Below the pieces are notes generated by a model that was given only the letters and a program-made list of their open reading frames with translations, searched no databases and had not been told where the DNA came from. From a virus, in IMG/VR virus record IMGVR_UViG_3300046170_000256: a stretch of 57,015 nucleotides of DNA, one strand, 5' to 3'. Below are positions 17,963 through 27,503 of the stretch, piece after piece (within the stretch, counting starts at the first letter, position 1; each line of letters starts with the position of its first letter). Position numbers and translations under genes: made by a program.

Positions 17963-18625
17963 GTGATCAGTTATTTAAAAAAACGCATTCAAAATCCATT
18001 GGGAGACAGTTTAAACACCTGTGTCTTGGCGATTGATGACGAACTAATACGCAGATTCAGAGAATTATCTGAAGACCTTTGGTCCATAAATAAATTTAAT
18101 GCGGATCAGTTTAAAGAAGCTGAAGTAATACCCCTAGTAGCTAGCGCCGCAGAGATTGATGACGAGGGTGCTTTTAGGACGGTGACAACAGAGGCCGTTA
18201 GCTCCGACTTTGAGAAGCTCTTGGGGAATATAGAGTTTGTAATGGCCCTCTCTATAAACCAAGCCAGCCTATTAAGATCCGTTATGATTAGGGTCAAGTC
18301 AAAATGCAAAATCAAACCCCACATTGATGATACTTTTGCGGGTATACCTCACTCGGTGTACCGATGCCAGCTATCCGGGGACATAAGCCTAAATTGGACT
18401 AGCGACTTAGGCGGGAGTCACAGCTTTATACCGGAAGCTAAGAGAGCGGTGTATGTGCCTCCCGGCACGATCCAAGAGGAAGAAAATTTAGGTCTTAATG
18501 ACAGCATTCATTTAGTTATGTACATGCAGAACAAGGTTGCAGATAATGCAATGAAGACGCTAGCCGAGAAACAGAGGCTGGGCTGGGATAAAGAAAGGCA
18601 CAACAAGCTTTATGCTCAATATTGA
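17963..18625 (+). CDS. Hypothetical protein, possible cupin/dioxygenase-like
   Basis: 220 aa. GTG start is uncertain (no SD). KPHIDD ... IHLVMY could be an HxD...H facial triad. Confidence 0.3.
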   Translation: MISYLKKRIQNPLGDSLNTCVLAIDDELIRRFRELSEDLWSINKFNADQFKEAEVIPLVASAAEIDDEGAFRTVTTEAVSSDFEKLLGNIEFVMALSINQASLLRSVMIRVKSKCKIKPHIDDTFAGIPHSVYRCQLSGDISLNWTSDLGGSHSFIPEAKRAVYVPPGTIQEEENLGLNDSIHLVMYMQNKVADNAMKTLAEKQRLGWDKERHNKLYAQY

Positions 18626-18649
18626 TTGTGAGTTTAGAATGACATCAAG

Positions 18650-18922
18650 ATGCAAGAATTAAGTGCGTATTTGCTAAGGGTTGGCGATGCCACAAGCCAG
18701 TGGATTAACGTAGTAATCCTGCTTGGTCCCAATCCCAACGAGTCCATATCTGGCCGTGCCTATCGCCTTCGCAGGCAGGTGGTGTGGAAGCAGGTTCGTG
18801 TGTGTATAGACATTTTGTTTTTACCATTTGAGAAAAATCACTGCAAAGCGTCGTATGACGCAGACTTAAAACGGGCGGCTATCATGCTTGCCACGAAGAG
18901 GATTGTGGAATGCGACAAGTAA
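18650..18922 (+). CDS. Hypothetical protein
   Basis: 90-aa ORF. Confidence 0.5.
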   Translation: MQELSAYLLRVGDATSQWINVVILLGPNPNESISGRAYRLRRQVVWKQVRVCIDILFLPFEKNHCKASYDADLKRAAIMLATKRIVECDK

Positions 18923-19680
18923 TTATAGGAGCGTCACTGCTGTTGCTAGCAGGGTGCTCGACATCAACTAGCCAGTATTACGAGGCCGTGCAAAAAACAG
19001 CGGAGGCTAATGCGTCAGCGGCGCAAGCCAAGTTTGAGGCTCTATCAAAGATCGCGTCTTCTGGCGATGGACAGGCCGCGAGCGCGGCTGTAATGGCGCT
19101 GGCGCTAACCAACACTCAGTCTGTCCAGCCCATGCCTCAGCAGTCGGACGCCCTTCAATGGGCCTCTGTGTTAGCGGCACCCATTTCATCTCTTGGGATG
19201 ATGTGGATGCAAGCAGACTCAGCCAAGACTATGGCGCGATATAACAGCCAAGTAGATATGGCAAGAATTTCAGCAGAGTCTGCGGATAGTCAGGCTTTGT
19301 ATGGTGCGTTTGTAGACTCGCATCAAGTTACCGGAGACGTTCTCGGTAACATAGATTACACCCCTTTTGTGAACGGAATGGTAACACTGGGCACCTCTGG
19401 CATTGACTCAAACGTAGACATTGCGACGAAGGGGCTTGATGTGGCCAATAATCTAGGCACTGCCGGGATGAGCAACCTAACCAACCTCGGGGTAAATGGA
19501 ATGACCCTTCTGGGGCAGGCTGGAGAAGACGGACTAAATGCTTTGGTTGAAGCCAACTCGGACTGGCTAAACTATTCTGTAACAAGAGACATTACCTTTG
19601 CTGGCATGATGGCTACAGAGCAGAGCGGCTGTGTTGCAACAGCGAACTCTGAGGGTCAGATTGTTGTGACCTGTAACTAA
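18910..19680 (+). CDS. Lipoprotein
   Basis: MRQVIIGASLLLLAGC signal peptide with LAGC lipobox. GAGGA SD 7 nt upstream. Confidence 0.7.
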   Translation: MRQVIIGASLLLLAGCSTSTSQYYEAVQKTAEANASAAQAKFEALSKIASSGDGQAASAAVMALALTNTQSVQPMPQQSDALQWASVLAAPISSLGMMWMQADSAKTMARYNSQVDMARISAESADSQALYGAFVDSHQVTGDVLGNIDYTPFVNGMVTLGTSGIDSNVDIATKGLDVANNLGTAGMSNLTNLGVNGMTLLGQAGEDGLNALVEANSDWLNYSVTRDITFAGMMATEQSGCVATANSEGQIVVTCN

Positions 19681-19685
19681 TCATC

Positions 19686-19913
19686 ATGGAGTTAACGATG
19701 GAAGTTATTGAGGCCATCTTGCAATGGATCGTTATGCCTATCACGGCATTTGTTTGGCTGATCTTTATGCGACAGCAGGACCACACCACGCAGATTGCAG
19801 TTATCAAAACGGAGACCGAGATTGTTCGTCAGTCTCACGACCGGGAGATGCGAGATATCAAAGGGAAGCTGGATAAAATCCTAGAGAAGCTAGACGACAA
19901 GGCTGACAAGTAA
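19686..19913 (+). CDS. Small N-terminal-TM plus coiled-coil membrane protein
   Basis: 75 aa. Hydrophobic WIVMPITAFVWLIF followed by a charged helix. Confidence 0.55.
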   Translation: MELTMEVIEAILQWIVMPITAFVWLIFMRQQDHTTQIAVIKTETEIVRQSHDREMRDIKGKLDKILEKLDDKADK

Positions 19914-20551
19914 TGTTTGGGGCATCGTCGTTCTCAGAGATCCCGCTCTCACAGGCGGTAGAAGGTCCGATTGGTGTTACTGGCTTACAGGCTACCGCAC
20001 TTGTAGGTAACAGCGTTAACGTCAATGGTGACGTAACAATATTCCCATCTGGCAACCTCGCCACCGCAAGCGTTGGTTCTGTAACGGTCACGGGTATTGC
20101 GAATGCCACTGTCACTGGCTTGTCAGGAACAGCGTCTGTTGGCGATGCCATTGCTTCAGCGGATGCCAATGCCACCGTCTCTGGGCTTTTAGCAACAGGA
20201 TCAGTTAACGCCACCGCCCCTGCTGTGACGGGGGACGCAAACGCTTTCCCGGCAGGCTTGAGCGCGACTGGCGGTGTTGGCATAGCCTCTGTAATTGGCA
20301 TTGCAAACGTGACAGTCACGGGGCTTGGCGCTACCGGATCTGTCGGGGCCGTAGTTGTTACCGGCGGAGCCACCGCGAACTTGTCGATGGTAGGGCTAAC
20401 CGGATCTGTCGGGGTTCCTAGCACATTTACACAAACCAATATATTAGTTACCGGCTTGTCGGCTACCGCAACAGAGGGGACCGCGCAGGTTATCACATGG
20501 AATGAAATCAAGCCGAATCAAGACCCGAACTGGGTTGAGATAGCGGCCTAG
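19913..20551 (+). CDS. Repeat-rich fibre/virion protein
   Basis: Repeated (V/L)TG(L/I).ATGSVG units. TAATG coupling. The plus frame is preferred over the antisense ORF 19858-20511. Confidence 0.55.
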   Translation: MFGASSFSEIPLSQAVEGPIGVTGLQATALVGNSVNVNGDVTIFPSGNLATASVGSVTVTGIANATVTGLSGTASVGDAIASADANATVSGLLATGSVNATAPAVTGDANAFPAGLSATGGVGIASVIGIANVTVTGLGATGSVGAVVVTGGATANLSMVGLTGSVGVPSTFTQTNILVTGLSATATEGTAQVITWNEIKPNQDPNWVEIAA

Positions 20552-20559
20552 AGGGGAAC

Positions 20560-21534
20560 ATGCCTAGCACTTACACAACGAATCTCGGCATAGAGAAGAT
20601 TGAGACTGGCCAGCAGGCTGGAACATGGGGCAATACCACCAATACCAACTTCGACATTATTGATCAAGCGATCAACGGCATTGCCTCTGTCACCCTCACC
20701 TCCTCGAACATCACGTCTGGAGGAGCCAAGGCTCTCCCAATAACTAATGGTGCTGTTTCTGATGGACGCAACGCATTTATCAGCGTGGTTGATGGCGGCG
20801 ATATCGGGGGTGCAGGTTACGTTCAGTTGACGCCAAACGACTCAGAGAAAATCCTGCACATTAGAAACAGCCTGTCAGGGTCTCGTTCCCTGTTTATATT
20901 TCAAGGAACGTACAATGCTTCAAACGACTTTGAGCTAGCCAATGGCAAAGACGCCTTGGTTAAGTTTGACGGTGCAGGAAGTGGAGCCGTTGTTTCTCAG
21001 GTCTACAGTGATCTTGTTGCAGGCAACATAACATCCACGGTGACTGGCAATGTAACCGGTAATTTAACTGGCAATGTGGCCGGCACAGTGACTGGCAATG
21101 TCAACGGCAACCTTACAGGCGACGTGACGGGAGCGGTAATAGGTAACGTCACAGGCAATATAACATCTACCGGACTATCCTCTTTTTCTAGTATTGATGT
21201 TAACGGCGGAGCAATTGACGGGACGCCTATCGGCGCATCTAGCGCGGCGGCAGGCACGTTTACGAATGTCACCGCGACAGGAACTGTGACCGTTGCCACG
21301 GCAGACATTAACGGCGGGGCAATTGACGGAACCAATATCGGGGCGTCAACTCCCGGCGCTGGCACCTTCTCGACCCTCAAGGCTAATGCCGATCACATTA
21401 TCATTACAACGGCTCAGACCCCCTCGTCGGTTAGTGCGGCAGGAACTCAGGGTGAGGTTGCGTGGGATGCGTCTTACCTATATGTGTGTATAGCAACCAA
21501 TACTTGGAGGCGCGTGGCGCTGGCTAGCTGGTAA
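20560..21534 (+). CDS. Tail fibre protein
   Basis: N-terminal LGIEKIETGQQAGTWGNTTNTNFDIIDQAING, a GNVTGNLTGNVAGTVTGNVNGNLTGDVTG repeat, and C-terminal GEVAWDASYLYVCIATNTWRRVALASW. Confidence 0.6.
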   Translation: MPSTYTTNLGIEKIETGQQAGTWGNTTNTNFDIIDQAINGIASVTLTSSNITSGGAKALPITNGAVSDGRNAFISVVDGGDIGGAGYVQLTPNDSEKILHIRNSLSGSRSLFIFQGTYNASNDFELANGKDALVKFDGAGSGAVVSQVYSDLVAGNITSTVTGNVTGNLTGNVAGTVTGNVNGNLTGDVTGAVIGNVTGNITSTGLSSFSSIDVNGGAIDGTPIGASSAAAGTFTNVTATGTVTVATADINGGAIDGTNIGASTPGAGTFSTLKANADHIIITTAQTPSSVSAAGTQGEVAWDASYLYVCIATNTWRRVALASW

Positions 21535-21935
21535 TGCTCGATCTTCTGGTTGGTCCGGTTACTGGCTTGCTGGACAAGTTTATACCTGATGCTGACGAAA
21601 GAAATAGGCTTGCCCATGAGATTGCCACATTGTCTGAGCGACACGCTCAAGAACTGGCTAAGGGTCAGTTGGAGATCAACAAAACAGAAGCGGCGCATAA
21701 GTCCATGTTTGTTGCAGGATGGCGTCCTTTTGTTGGCTGGACTTGTTCTATTGCTCTTTGCTGGCATTTTGTGGTGTCTCCAGTTGTTATCTTTGGTGCG
21801 GCTTATGCTGGAGTGGCTCTTCCTGAGTTACCCGTGTTTGACATGAGTAGCTTAATGACCGTGTTGCTGGGGATGCTTGGCCTCGGAGGTCTCAGGACTT
21901 ATGAGAAAACAAAAGGGGTTGCGCGCAAACAATGA
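21534..21935 (+). CDS. Holin, GTA-type 3-TM family-like
   Basis: MLDLLVGPVTGLLDKFIPDADERNRL...INKTEAAHKSMFVAGWRPFVGW plus TM segments. Lies upstream of the endolysin. Confidence 0.55.
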   Translation: MLDLLVGPVTGLLDKFIPDADERNRLAHEIATLSERHAQELAKGQLEINKTEAAHKSMFVAGWRPFVGWTCSIALCWHFVVSPVVIFGAAYAGVALPELPVFDMSSLMTVLLGMLGLGGLRTYEKTKGVARKQ

Positions 21936-22132
21936 GTGTATATGACCTCGAAAGATTGCAAGTCATTCCCCGTCTGATGATGGTGGCAATGATCTTTATG
22001 ACATACCGCGTTGTTGAATGGTTTATGACCTTGCCGGCACCAAGCCTAGAGCAGGCTGGTTTGGTTAGCGTAATGACGGGCGCACTTACCGGTAGCTTTG
22101 GTTTGTTCTTGGGCGCTGGGAAGAAGGGATGA
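21932..22132 (+). CDS. Small 2-TM membrane protein (holin/antiholin partner?)
   Basis: 66 aa with two hydrophobic helices, between the holin and the endolysin. Confidence 0.45.
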   Translation: MSVYDLERLQVIPRLMMVAMIFMTYRVVEWFMTLPAPSLEQAGLVSVMTGALTGSFGLFLGAGKKG

Positions 22133-22479
22133 GTCAGTTTAAGTATTTTGATATTAACGAATTTGCATGCCACGAGACCGGAGAGAACCAGATCAAGGAT
22201 GAGCTTGTTCATTGCCTAGACATGTTAAGAGAAAGGTGCGGCTTCCCCTTTGTCATTACCTCTGGCTATCGCTCAGAGCGACATCCCATAGAGGCAGAAA
22301 AGGCAAAGCCGGGAACACACACTCAGGGCATAGCGGCGGACATTAAGGTTGCCGATGGAGTCCAGCGGCTAGCTATTGTCGCTAACGCTATTGATCTTGG
22401 CTTCTCTGGTATCGGGGTGGCTAAACATTTTGTTCATGTGGACATAAGGGGCACTACTCCGGTCATGTGGGCGTACTAG
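22129..22479 (+). CDS. Endolysin, peptidase M15 (D-Ala-D-Ala carboxypeptidase-like)
   Basis: SGYRSERHP...HTQGIAADI...HFVHVD zinc-ligand pattern, 116 aa. Confidence 0.7.
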   Translation: MSQFKYFDINEFACHETGENQIKDELVHCLDMLRERCGFPFVITSGYRSERHPIEAEKAKPGTHTQGIAADIKVADGVQRLAIVANAIDLGFSGIGVAKHFVHVDIRGTTPVMWAY

Positions 22480-22488
22480 GGTTTTAGA

Positions 22489-24354
22489 ATGACAGTATCT
22501 AAGATTTCATTCAGTCCGGGCATCAACAAGGAAGGCACTCAGTACAGTGCTGACTCCGGTTGGTTTGACGCAGACAAGATACGGTTTAGAAAAGGTCGAG
22601 CAGAAACCATCGGCGGCTGGGCTAAGTATATAGAGACGGCGATCAGCGGGGTGTGTCGCTCTCTGTTTGATTGGGGCGCTTCATCTGGTGATAAGTATTT
22701 AGGCGTCGGCACGAATCTAAAGTTTTACGTTGAGACTGGTAGCGCAATATTTGACATCACCCCCATAAGGGTCACGACTGCGGCAGGCGACGTTACCTTC
22801 TCGGCATCCACTGGATCGCCAACCTTGACGGTTAGTGACACGGCTCACGGCGCGGTAGAGAATGACTTCGTTACTTTTTCTGGAGCGGTCACCCTCGGAG
22901 GAGTGATCACGGCGGATGTGCTCAACCAAGAGTATCAAGTTGCTAGCATCGTTGACGCAAACAGCTACACCGTCATAGCGAAAGACACAGCAGGGGTTAC
23001 TGTTACTGCTAACTCGTCAGACACTGGTAATGGCGGATCTTCTGTGGTCGGCGCGTATCAGATCAACACAGGCACTAACTTTTATGTAGACAGCACTGGC
23101 TGGGGCGTAGGCGGATGGGGCGAAAGCAACTGGGGTGAAGGAGTAGACATTAACGTCACGAACCAGCTTAGACTGTTTAGTCAAGATGCGTTTGGTGATG
23201 ACCTTCTTTTTAATGCTCGTAGCGGTGGAGTGTACTATTGGGATGAGAGCGCGGGGACAGGAACGCGAGCCTCGGCCATTACAAACACATCCGTATTCCC
23301 TACGAGCAGTAACGCCCCATCCGCCGCGCTACAGGTCATGGTCTCAGATATCGACCGACATGTTATTTGCTTTGGCGTAAATCCTATTGGCTCTACGGGC
23401 ATTGACCCGCTGTTAGTTCGCTGGTCTGATCAAGAAAATGCTCTCGATTGGACGCCTACAGCAACAAATAGCTCTGGAGGTCAGGTGCTTTCTACCGGCA
23501 CAGAGATCGTTGGTGCTGTAAAGACGAGGCAAGAGATACTCATATTCACTGACGAGGGCATACAATCTATGCGGTTCGTCGGTGCCCCCTTCATATACTC
23601 GTTTACGCCAGTCGCTGAGAATGTCAGCATGATATCGCCTAACGCGGCGATTGCGGCGGCTGATGCAGTGTTCTTTATGGACCGAGAAGGCTTCTATGTT
23701 TACCGAGGCTCAGTACAGAGACTGCCTTGTTCTGTACTAGACTATGTATTCTCGGGGGTTCAGTTTGAACAACGCTTCAAGATATTCGCTGTTAGTAACC
23801 CAGATGATTCAGAGATCACATGGTACTACCCAGTTGGTGAAGCCGGTTCTGACATAACAAACTACGTCACATTCAACTATCAAGAAAGTAGCTGGGCTAC
23901 TGGCACGTTGGACCGAGGCGCTTACATCCATGCCCCCACTAAAGAGTACCCTGTTGCGGCTAGTAACAATCTGGCTAATCTAGATGCTAATTACCTATAC
24001 ATTCAAGAGTACGGCAATGATGCGGACGGAGAGCCTCTCAATGCCTTTATTGAATCTGGCGGCATTGGCATTGGAGATGGAGATAGCTTCATACATATTC
24101 GCAGGCTAATTCCTGATTTTAATTTTAGAGGTGATCTAAGTAGCGCAGATATAACCTTCACAGTAAAAGGGCGAGACTTCCCCCTGAGCACAGAGGCAAC
24201 GCTGGCAACCGGAACCATAGACAGCGATACTGGGCAGGTCTTTTTGCGAGGCAGGACTAGAGAGATGATTGTACGCATCGAGTCAGCCGGTACCGGATAT
24301 GGATGGACACTGGGAGACTTGCGAGTTGACACCAGAACGGATGGCAAACGCTGA
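22489..24354 (+). CDS. Large tail/nozzle-type structural protein
   Basis: 621 aa. Function inferred from position and size only. Confidence 0.3.
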   Translation: MTVSKISFSPGINKEGTQYSADSGWFDADKIRFRKGRAETIGGWAKYIETAISGVCRSLFDWGASSGDKYLGVGTNLKFYVETGSAIFDITPIRVTTAAGDVTFSASTGSPTLTVSDTAHGAVENDFVTFSGAVTLGGVITADVLNQEYQVASIVDANSYTVIAKDTAGVTVTANSSDTGNGGSSVVGAYQINTGTNFYVDSTGWGVGGWGESNWGEGVDINVTNQLRLFSQDAFGDDLLFNARSGGVYYWDESAGTGTRASAITNTSVFPTSSNAPSAALQVMVSDIDRHVICFGVNPIGSTGIDPLLVRWSDQENALDWTPTATNSSGGQVLSTGTEIVGAVKTRQEILIFTDEGIQSMRFVGAPFIYSFTPVAENVSMISPNAAIAAADAVFFMDREGFYVYRGSVQRLPCSVLDYVFSGVQFEQRFKIFAVSNPDDSEITWYYPVGEAGSDITNYVTFNYQESSWATGTLDRGAYIHAPTKEYPVAASNNLANLDANYLYIQEYGNDADGEPLNAFIESGGIGIGDGDSFIHIRRLIPDFNFRGDLSSADITFTVKGRDFPLSTEATLATGTIDSDTGQVFLRGRTREMIVRIESAGTGYGWTLGDLRVDTRTDGKR

Positions 24355-24548
24355 TGAGGTATACCACACTCCCTGTTGCGCGACCGGACTATGACGCAGA
24401 GAATGAGCAGGTCACTAGGCGCACCATCGAGCAAGCCTTGCAGGATGTTACGGGCACGGTGGAAGGCAATCGGGACAAGACAAACAAGCTGTCTTCCCTA
24501 GCCCTGCGACGGTTTCAGTTTTTACTAATGGGTGCCACTAATGGCTGA
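24354..24548 (+). CDS. Hypothetical small protein
   Basis: 64-aa coupled ORF. Confidence 0.45.
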   Translation: MRYTTLPVARPDYDAENEQVTRRTIEQALQDVTGTVEGNRDKTNKLSSLALRRFQFLLMGATNG

Positions 24549-24870
24549 TGTGATCAAGGTACTTGGGCAGGCAGATCCTGCGGCCACAACAACAACAGTC
24601 TTGTACACGGTCCCCAACCTGAACTTGACTACTTGTAGCTCACTTGTTATTTGCAACAGAAGCGCCGGCCCTATTGCTTTCCGTGTCAGCGTACACGTTA
24701 ATGACGCCACGGCAGACAATAAGCAGTTCCTTTATTACGACAAACAACTTGTCGCCAACGATACTCTTGCGGCGATCCTTGGTATTACCTTAAACCAAAA
24801 CGATGTAATCAAAGTCTATGCTAGCGGTACAGGCATGAGCTTTAACTTATTTGGCGTAGAGACTAGCTAA
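24541..24870 (+). CDS. Hypothetical virion protein
   Basis: ATG 24541 overlaps the upstream stop (ATGGCTGA). Confidence 0.5.
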   Translation: MADVIKVLGQADPAATTTTVLYTVPNLNLTTCSSLVICNRSAGPIAFRVSVHVNDATADNKQFLYYDKQLVANDTLAAILGITLNQNDVIKVYASGTGMSFNLFGVETS

Positions 24871-24872
24871 CT

Positions 24873-27503
24873 ATGAACAGATACCCCGCTAAACCTATGA
24901 TGGACCAAATGGCACAGCATGGCCGATACGGTGACAGCATGCTTGTGCACATGAACCCAATCGAGGTCGCAGGAATTGCATCTCTGTCCCCCACAGGGAG
25001 CCTGACAACCAACCCAGTCACGGGACAGCCAGAGGCGTTCTTGCCATTCCTTGCCCCCGCACTGGGCATGCTGGGCGGTCAGCTCGGTCTGAGCGCATTA
25101 AGCTCAGCGGCGCTGACAGGTATCGGCACGGCGGCAGTGACGGGCGATCTCAAGCGGGGATTGCTGTCTGGTCTGACAGCCGGTCTGGGTAGCGGTCTTG
25201 GTGAGGGTATCGGTGGTTTGTTTGATAGTGCTCAGGAAGGGGTAAATGTTGCGACCACGAGTGCCGAGGCTCTTGGCACTGGCGCAGAGACTCTTGGTGC
25301 GGGTGCAGGGGGAGTGGATCTCTCTGGACTGGCCACCGAAAACGTCACCTCTAACTTAGCTCAAGCGTTTAACCCCAGTGCTGTTACCCCCGGCCTCACT
25401 GACTACACAGCGCAAGCCGCCGAAGCCGCATCTGGAGCCATGCAGGTTGCACCAGAGGCCGCAGGCTACATCTCAGAAGCTCCCGGCATGCTTGGGGATT
25501 TTGATACAGCAGTGGGCGGCTCTGGCATAGGGCAGACTGCACAAGGCTTTGTGGACAAGCTAGGCACGACCGGCCAATTGATGGGCATTGGTATTGGCTC
25601 AGGCCAGATGGCTCAGATGGACACGATGGAGGAGTTTGAGAAGCAACAGCGTCGGCTCCTAGAGGAGTCGGAGGCTAGCCGAGGAGAAGCATACGGCGAC
25701 CTGCAATCAGCATACGCAATGGCTCAGCCCGGAATAGCTCCCGGCTTTAGCCCTTACCGGTCACAAATGAGCCAGCGTACTTATGACTATGCGGCTCCCG
25801 GTATGGCGGCAGGGGGCGCCACCAGAACAGGTATGAGTCGCGCCCAGTGGAAAGCGTTATACGACATGCTACTAAAGCAGGACTACCCATTGCCACCGTT
25901 TGAGGAGTGGTATCAAAATGCGGCAGGCGATTCTGCCGAAGGCGCTGATGGTGATAGCGGAGAGGGCGATTCTCAAGCGCCGTCAGTGGAAGACAAGTTT
26001 GAAGTGCTTGATGAAAACGGCATGGATATTTTAGCGCCCGGATATTACGGGATGAAGAACTTTGGGACCGCGCAAACAGATACCGACGAGTACAAGGCTC
26101 TGGAAGCGGCTAAGCGAGGAGACCCACTAACCCCTGAGCAACAGAGCCTACTTGAAGGCTATTACAGAAGAAGGGAGGGGTTCCGAGCACAGCGAGAAAG
26201 AGCCATTGCTGAGGCACAGGGTACTGACTCGGCGGTCGATCCGCTGGCTAACTACCTGCAAGGCTCTGGTCTTTTCGGCTATACAACCGGCAACATCGGG
26301 GGCATAGACCCAGTTTCTATTCAAGCTGGACTGCGAGAGGACTACAAGATTGCGGCGCCTACCGACTATATGTCTGGGTTTGAGCCTGAGTTCCAATACT
26401 TTCAAGCAGACCCTAATGCACCCTTTATTCCTAGTCGAGCATATCGGCCAACTCAAGAAGGCGTTGACGATACCGGTACTTATTTTGATCCGATCATTGA
26501 CAGGGGAAGCTACTTAGAGCAATTACAAGACTACTACCGCACACTGGCAAGCTACGGTATGGGCGGAGATAACGCACCCGAAGAGCCTGTAGATGAGGAG
26601 CCGCCGGTTCAAGACCCCGGAACTGGCCCGACCACACCGGGAACGCCGACAACGCCTAGTGATCCGGTTAACCCCGGTACAGGCACTCCACCCGGAAGCA
26701 ACCCCTCTAGCCCGCCCTACAATCCACCCTACAATCCGTCCGCGCCAAGCGGTCCCTCGTTCGGCGGAGGAGGCAACTCTGGAGGTCATGCCGCTGGTGA
26801 CTATTACAAGATTGAAAACGGGAAGGTCGTTCGTTATACAATCAACAGTATCGTTGGGGTAGATCCAGAAGAGTACACCGACGAGGAATATTACGGGTCT
26901 CCGATAAGCGGATACTACATTGTAGATCAGACCACGGTGGGTGATGCAGGGGATGACACCTATGCTATTCAAGGCTCCTCCGGTCAATACGGAGAAGGTA
27001 TCTACTACAAGAACGGCAAGCTTTACAGCCACGCAAGTGAAGAGACACTAGCCAACATAAGGGCGGCAGGTAACACCCCTTACGGTATTGACCCGGCGCT
27101 TATGACCGACCTTGAGCGAGCGCATCATAGGATGCGATATCAGGCAGACCCGTCTGATGGATTCGTCGGCACTTCTGATTACAACTCATTCGGCGGTAGC
27201 CCTCAGCGCGATAACTCTGGTGCCTATGGCGCCGGTAACACTGTGACAGACGCAATAGCAGAGGGTATTGGTAATCCATCCGTGACGCTAGATAATAGCG
27301 AGGTTACTGAAAAGCAAGATGCGGGCGGGGTACACCCCATAGTTGCCGCGCTGTATGGCGATCCCACCAAGGGAACTGTCGTTGACACGCCCTATGAGGG
27401 TAGCTTTCAGTATTTTCGGGACAAGCAAAAGGAACAAGGACAGTGCCGCAACCTCAGCGAATCAGGTGCAGGCCACTCCGCAAGCCCCAGACATAGGCGT
27501 TAA
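24873..27503 (+). CDS. Internal-virion-type protein with Gly/Ala and Pro-rich tracts
   Basis: 876 aa. N-terminal GDSMLVHMNPIEVAGI...NPVTGQPEAFLPF and a PGTGPTTPGTPTTPSDP tract. Ends AGG CGT TAA. Confidence 0.55.
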   Translation: MNRYPAKPMMDQMAQHGRYGDSMLVHMNPIEVAGIASLSPTGSLTTNPVTGQPEAFLPFLAPALGMLGGQLGLSALSSAALTGIGTAAVTGDLKRGLLSGLTAGLGSGLGEGIGGLFDSAQEGVNVATTSAEALGTGAETLGAGAGGVDLSGLATENVTSNLAQAFNPSAVTPGLTDYTAQAAEAASGAMQVAPEAAGYISEAPGMLGDFDTAVGGSGIGQTAQGFVDKLGTTGQLMGIGIGSGQMAQMDTMEEFEKQQRRLLEESEASRGEAYGDLQSAYAMAQPGIAPGFSPYRSQMSQRTYDYAAPGMAAGGATRTGMSRAQWKALYDMLLKQDYPLPPFEEWYQNAAGDSAEGADGDSGEGDSQAPSVEDKFEVLDENGMDILAPGYYGMKNFGTAQTDTDEYKALEAAKRGDPLTPEQQSLLEGYYRRREGFRAQRERAIAEAQGTDSAVDPLANYLQGSGLFGYTTGNIGGIDPVSIQAGLREDYKIAAPTDYMSGFEPEFQYFQADPNAPFIPSRAYRPTQEGVDDTGTYFDPIIDRGSYLEQLQDYYRTLASYGMGGDNAPEEPVDEEPPVQDPGTGPTTPGTPTTPSDPVNPGTGTPPGSNPSSPPYNPPYNPSAPSGPSFGGGGNSGGHAAGDYYKIENGKVVRYTINSIVGVDPEEYTDEEYYGSPISGYYIVDQTTVGDAGDDTYAIQGSSGQYGEGIYYKNGKLYSHASEETLANIRAAGNTPYGIDPALMTDLERAHHRMRYQADPSDGFVGTSDYNSFGGSPQRDNSGAYGAGNTVTDAIAEGIGNPSVTLDNSEVTEKQDAGGVHPIVAALYGDPTKGTVVDTPYEGSFQYFRDKQKEQGQCRNLSESGAGHSASPRHRR

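Noticed and set aside
19858-20511. 217-aa ORF antisense to the fibre-repeat gene 19913-20551
   Set aside because: It is a mirror ORF created by GC-rich repetitive codons. The plus-strand frame is translationally coupled (TAATG) to its neighbours, has a coherent VTGL.ATGSVG repeat and a typical N-terminus. The minus frame has no SD or operon context.
21003-21380. 125-aa antisense ORF inside the tail fibre gene
   Set aside because: Same artefact: antisense reading of the GN(V/L)TG repeat. No start context.
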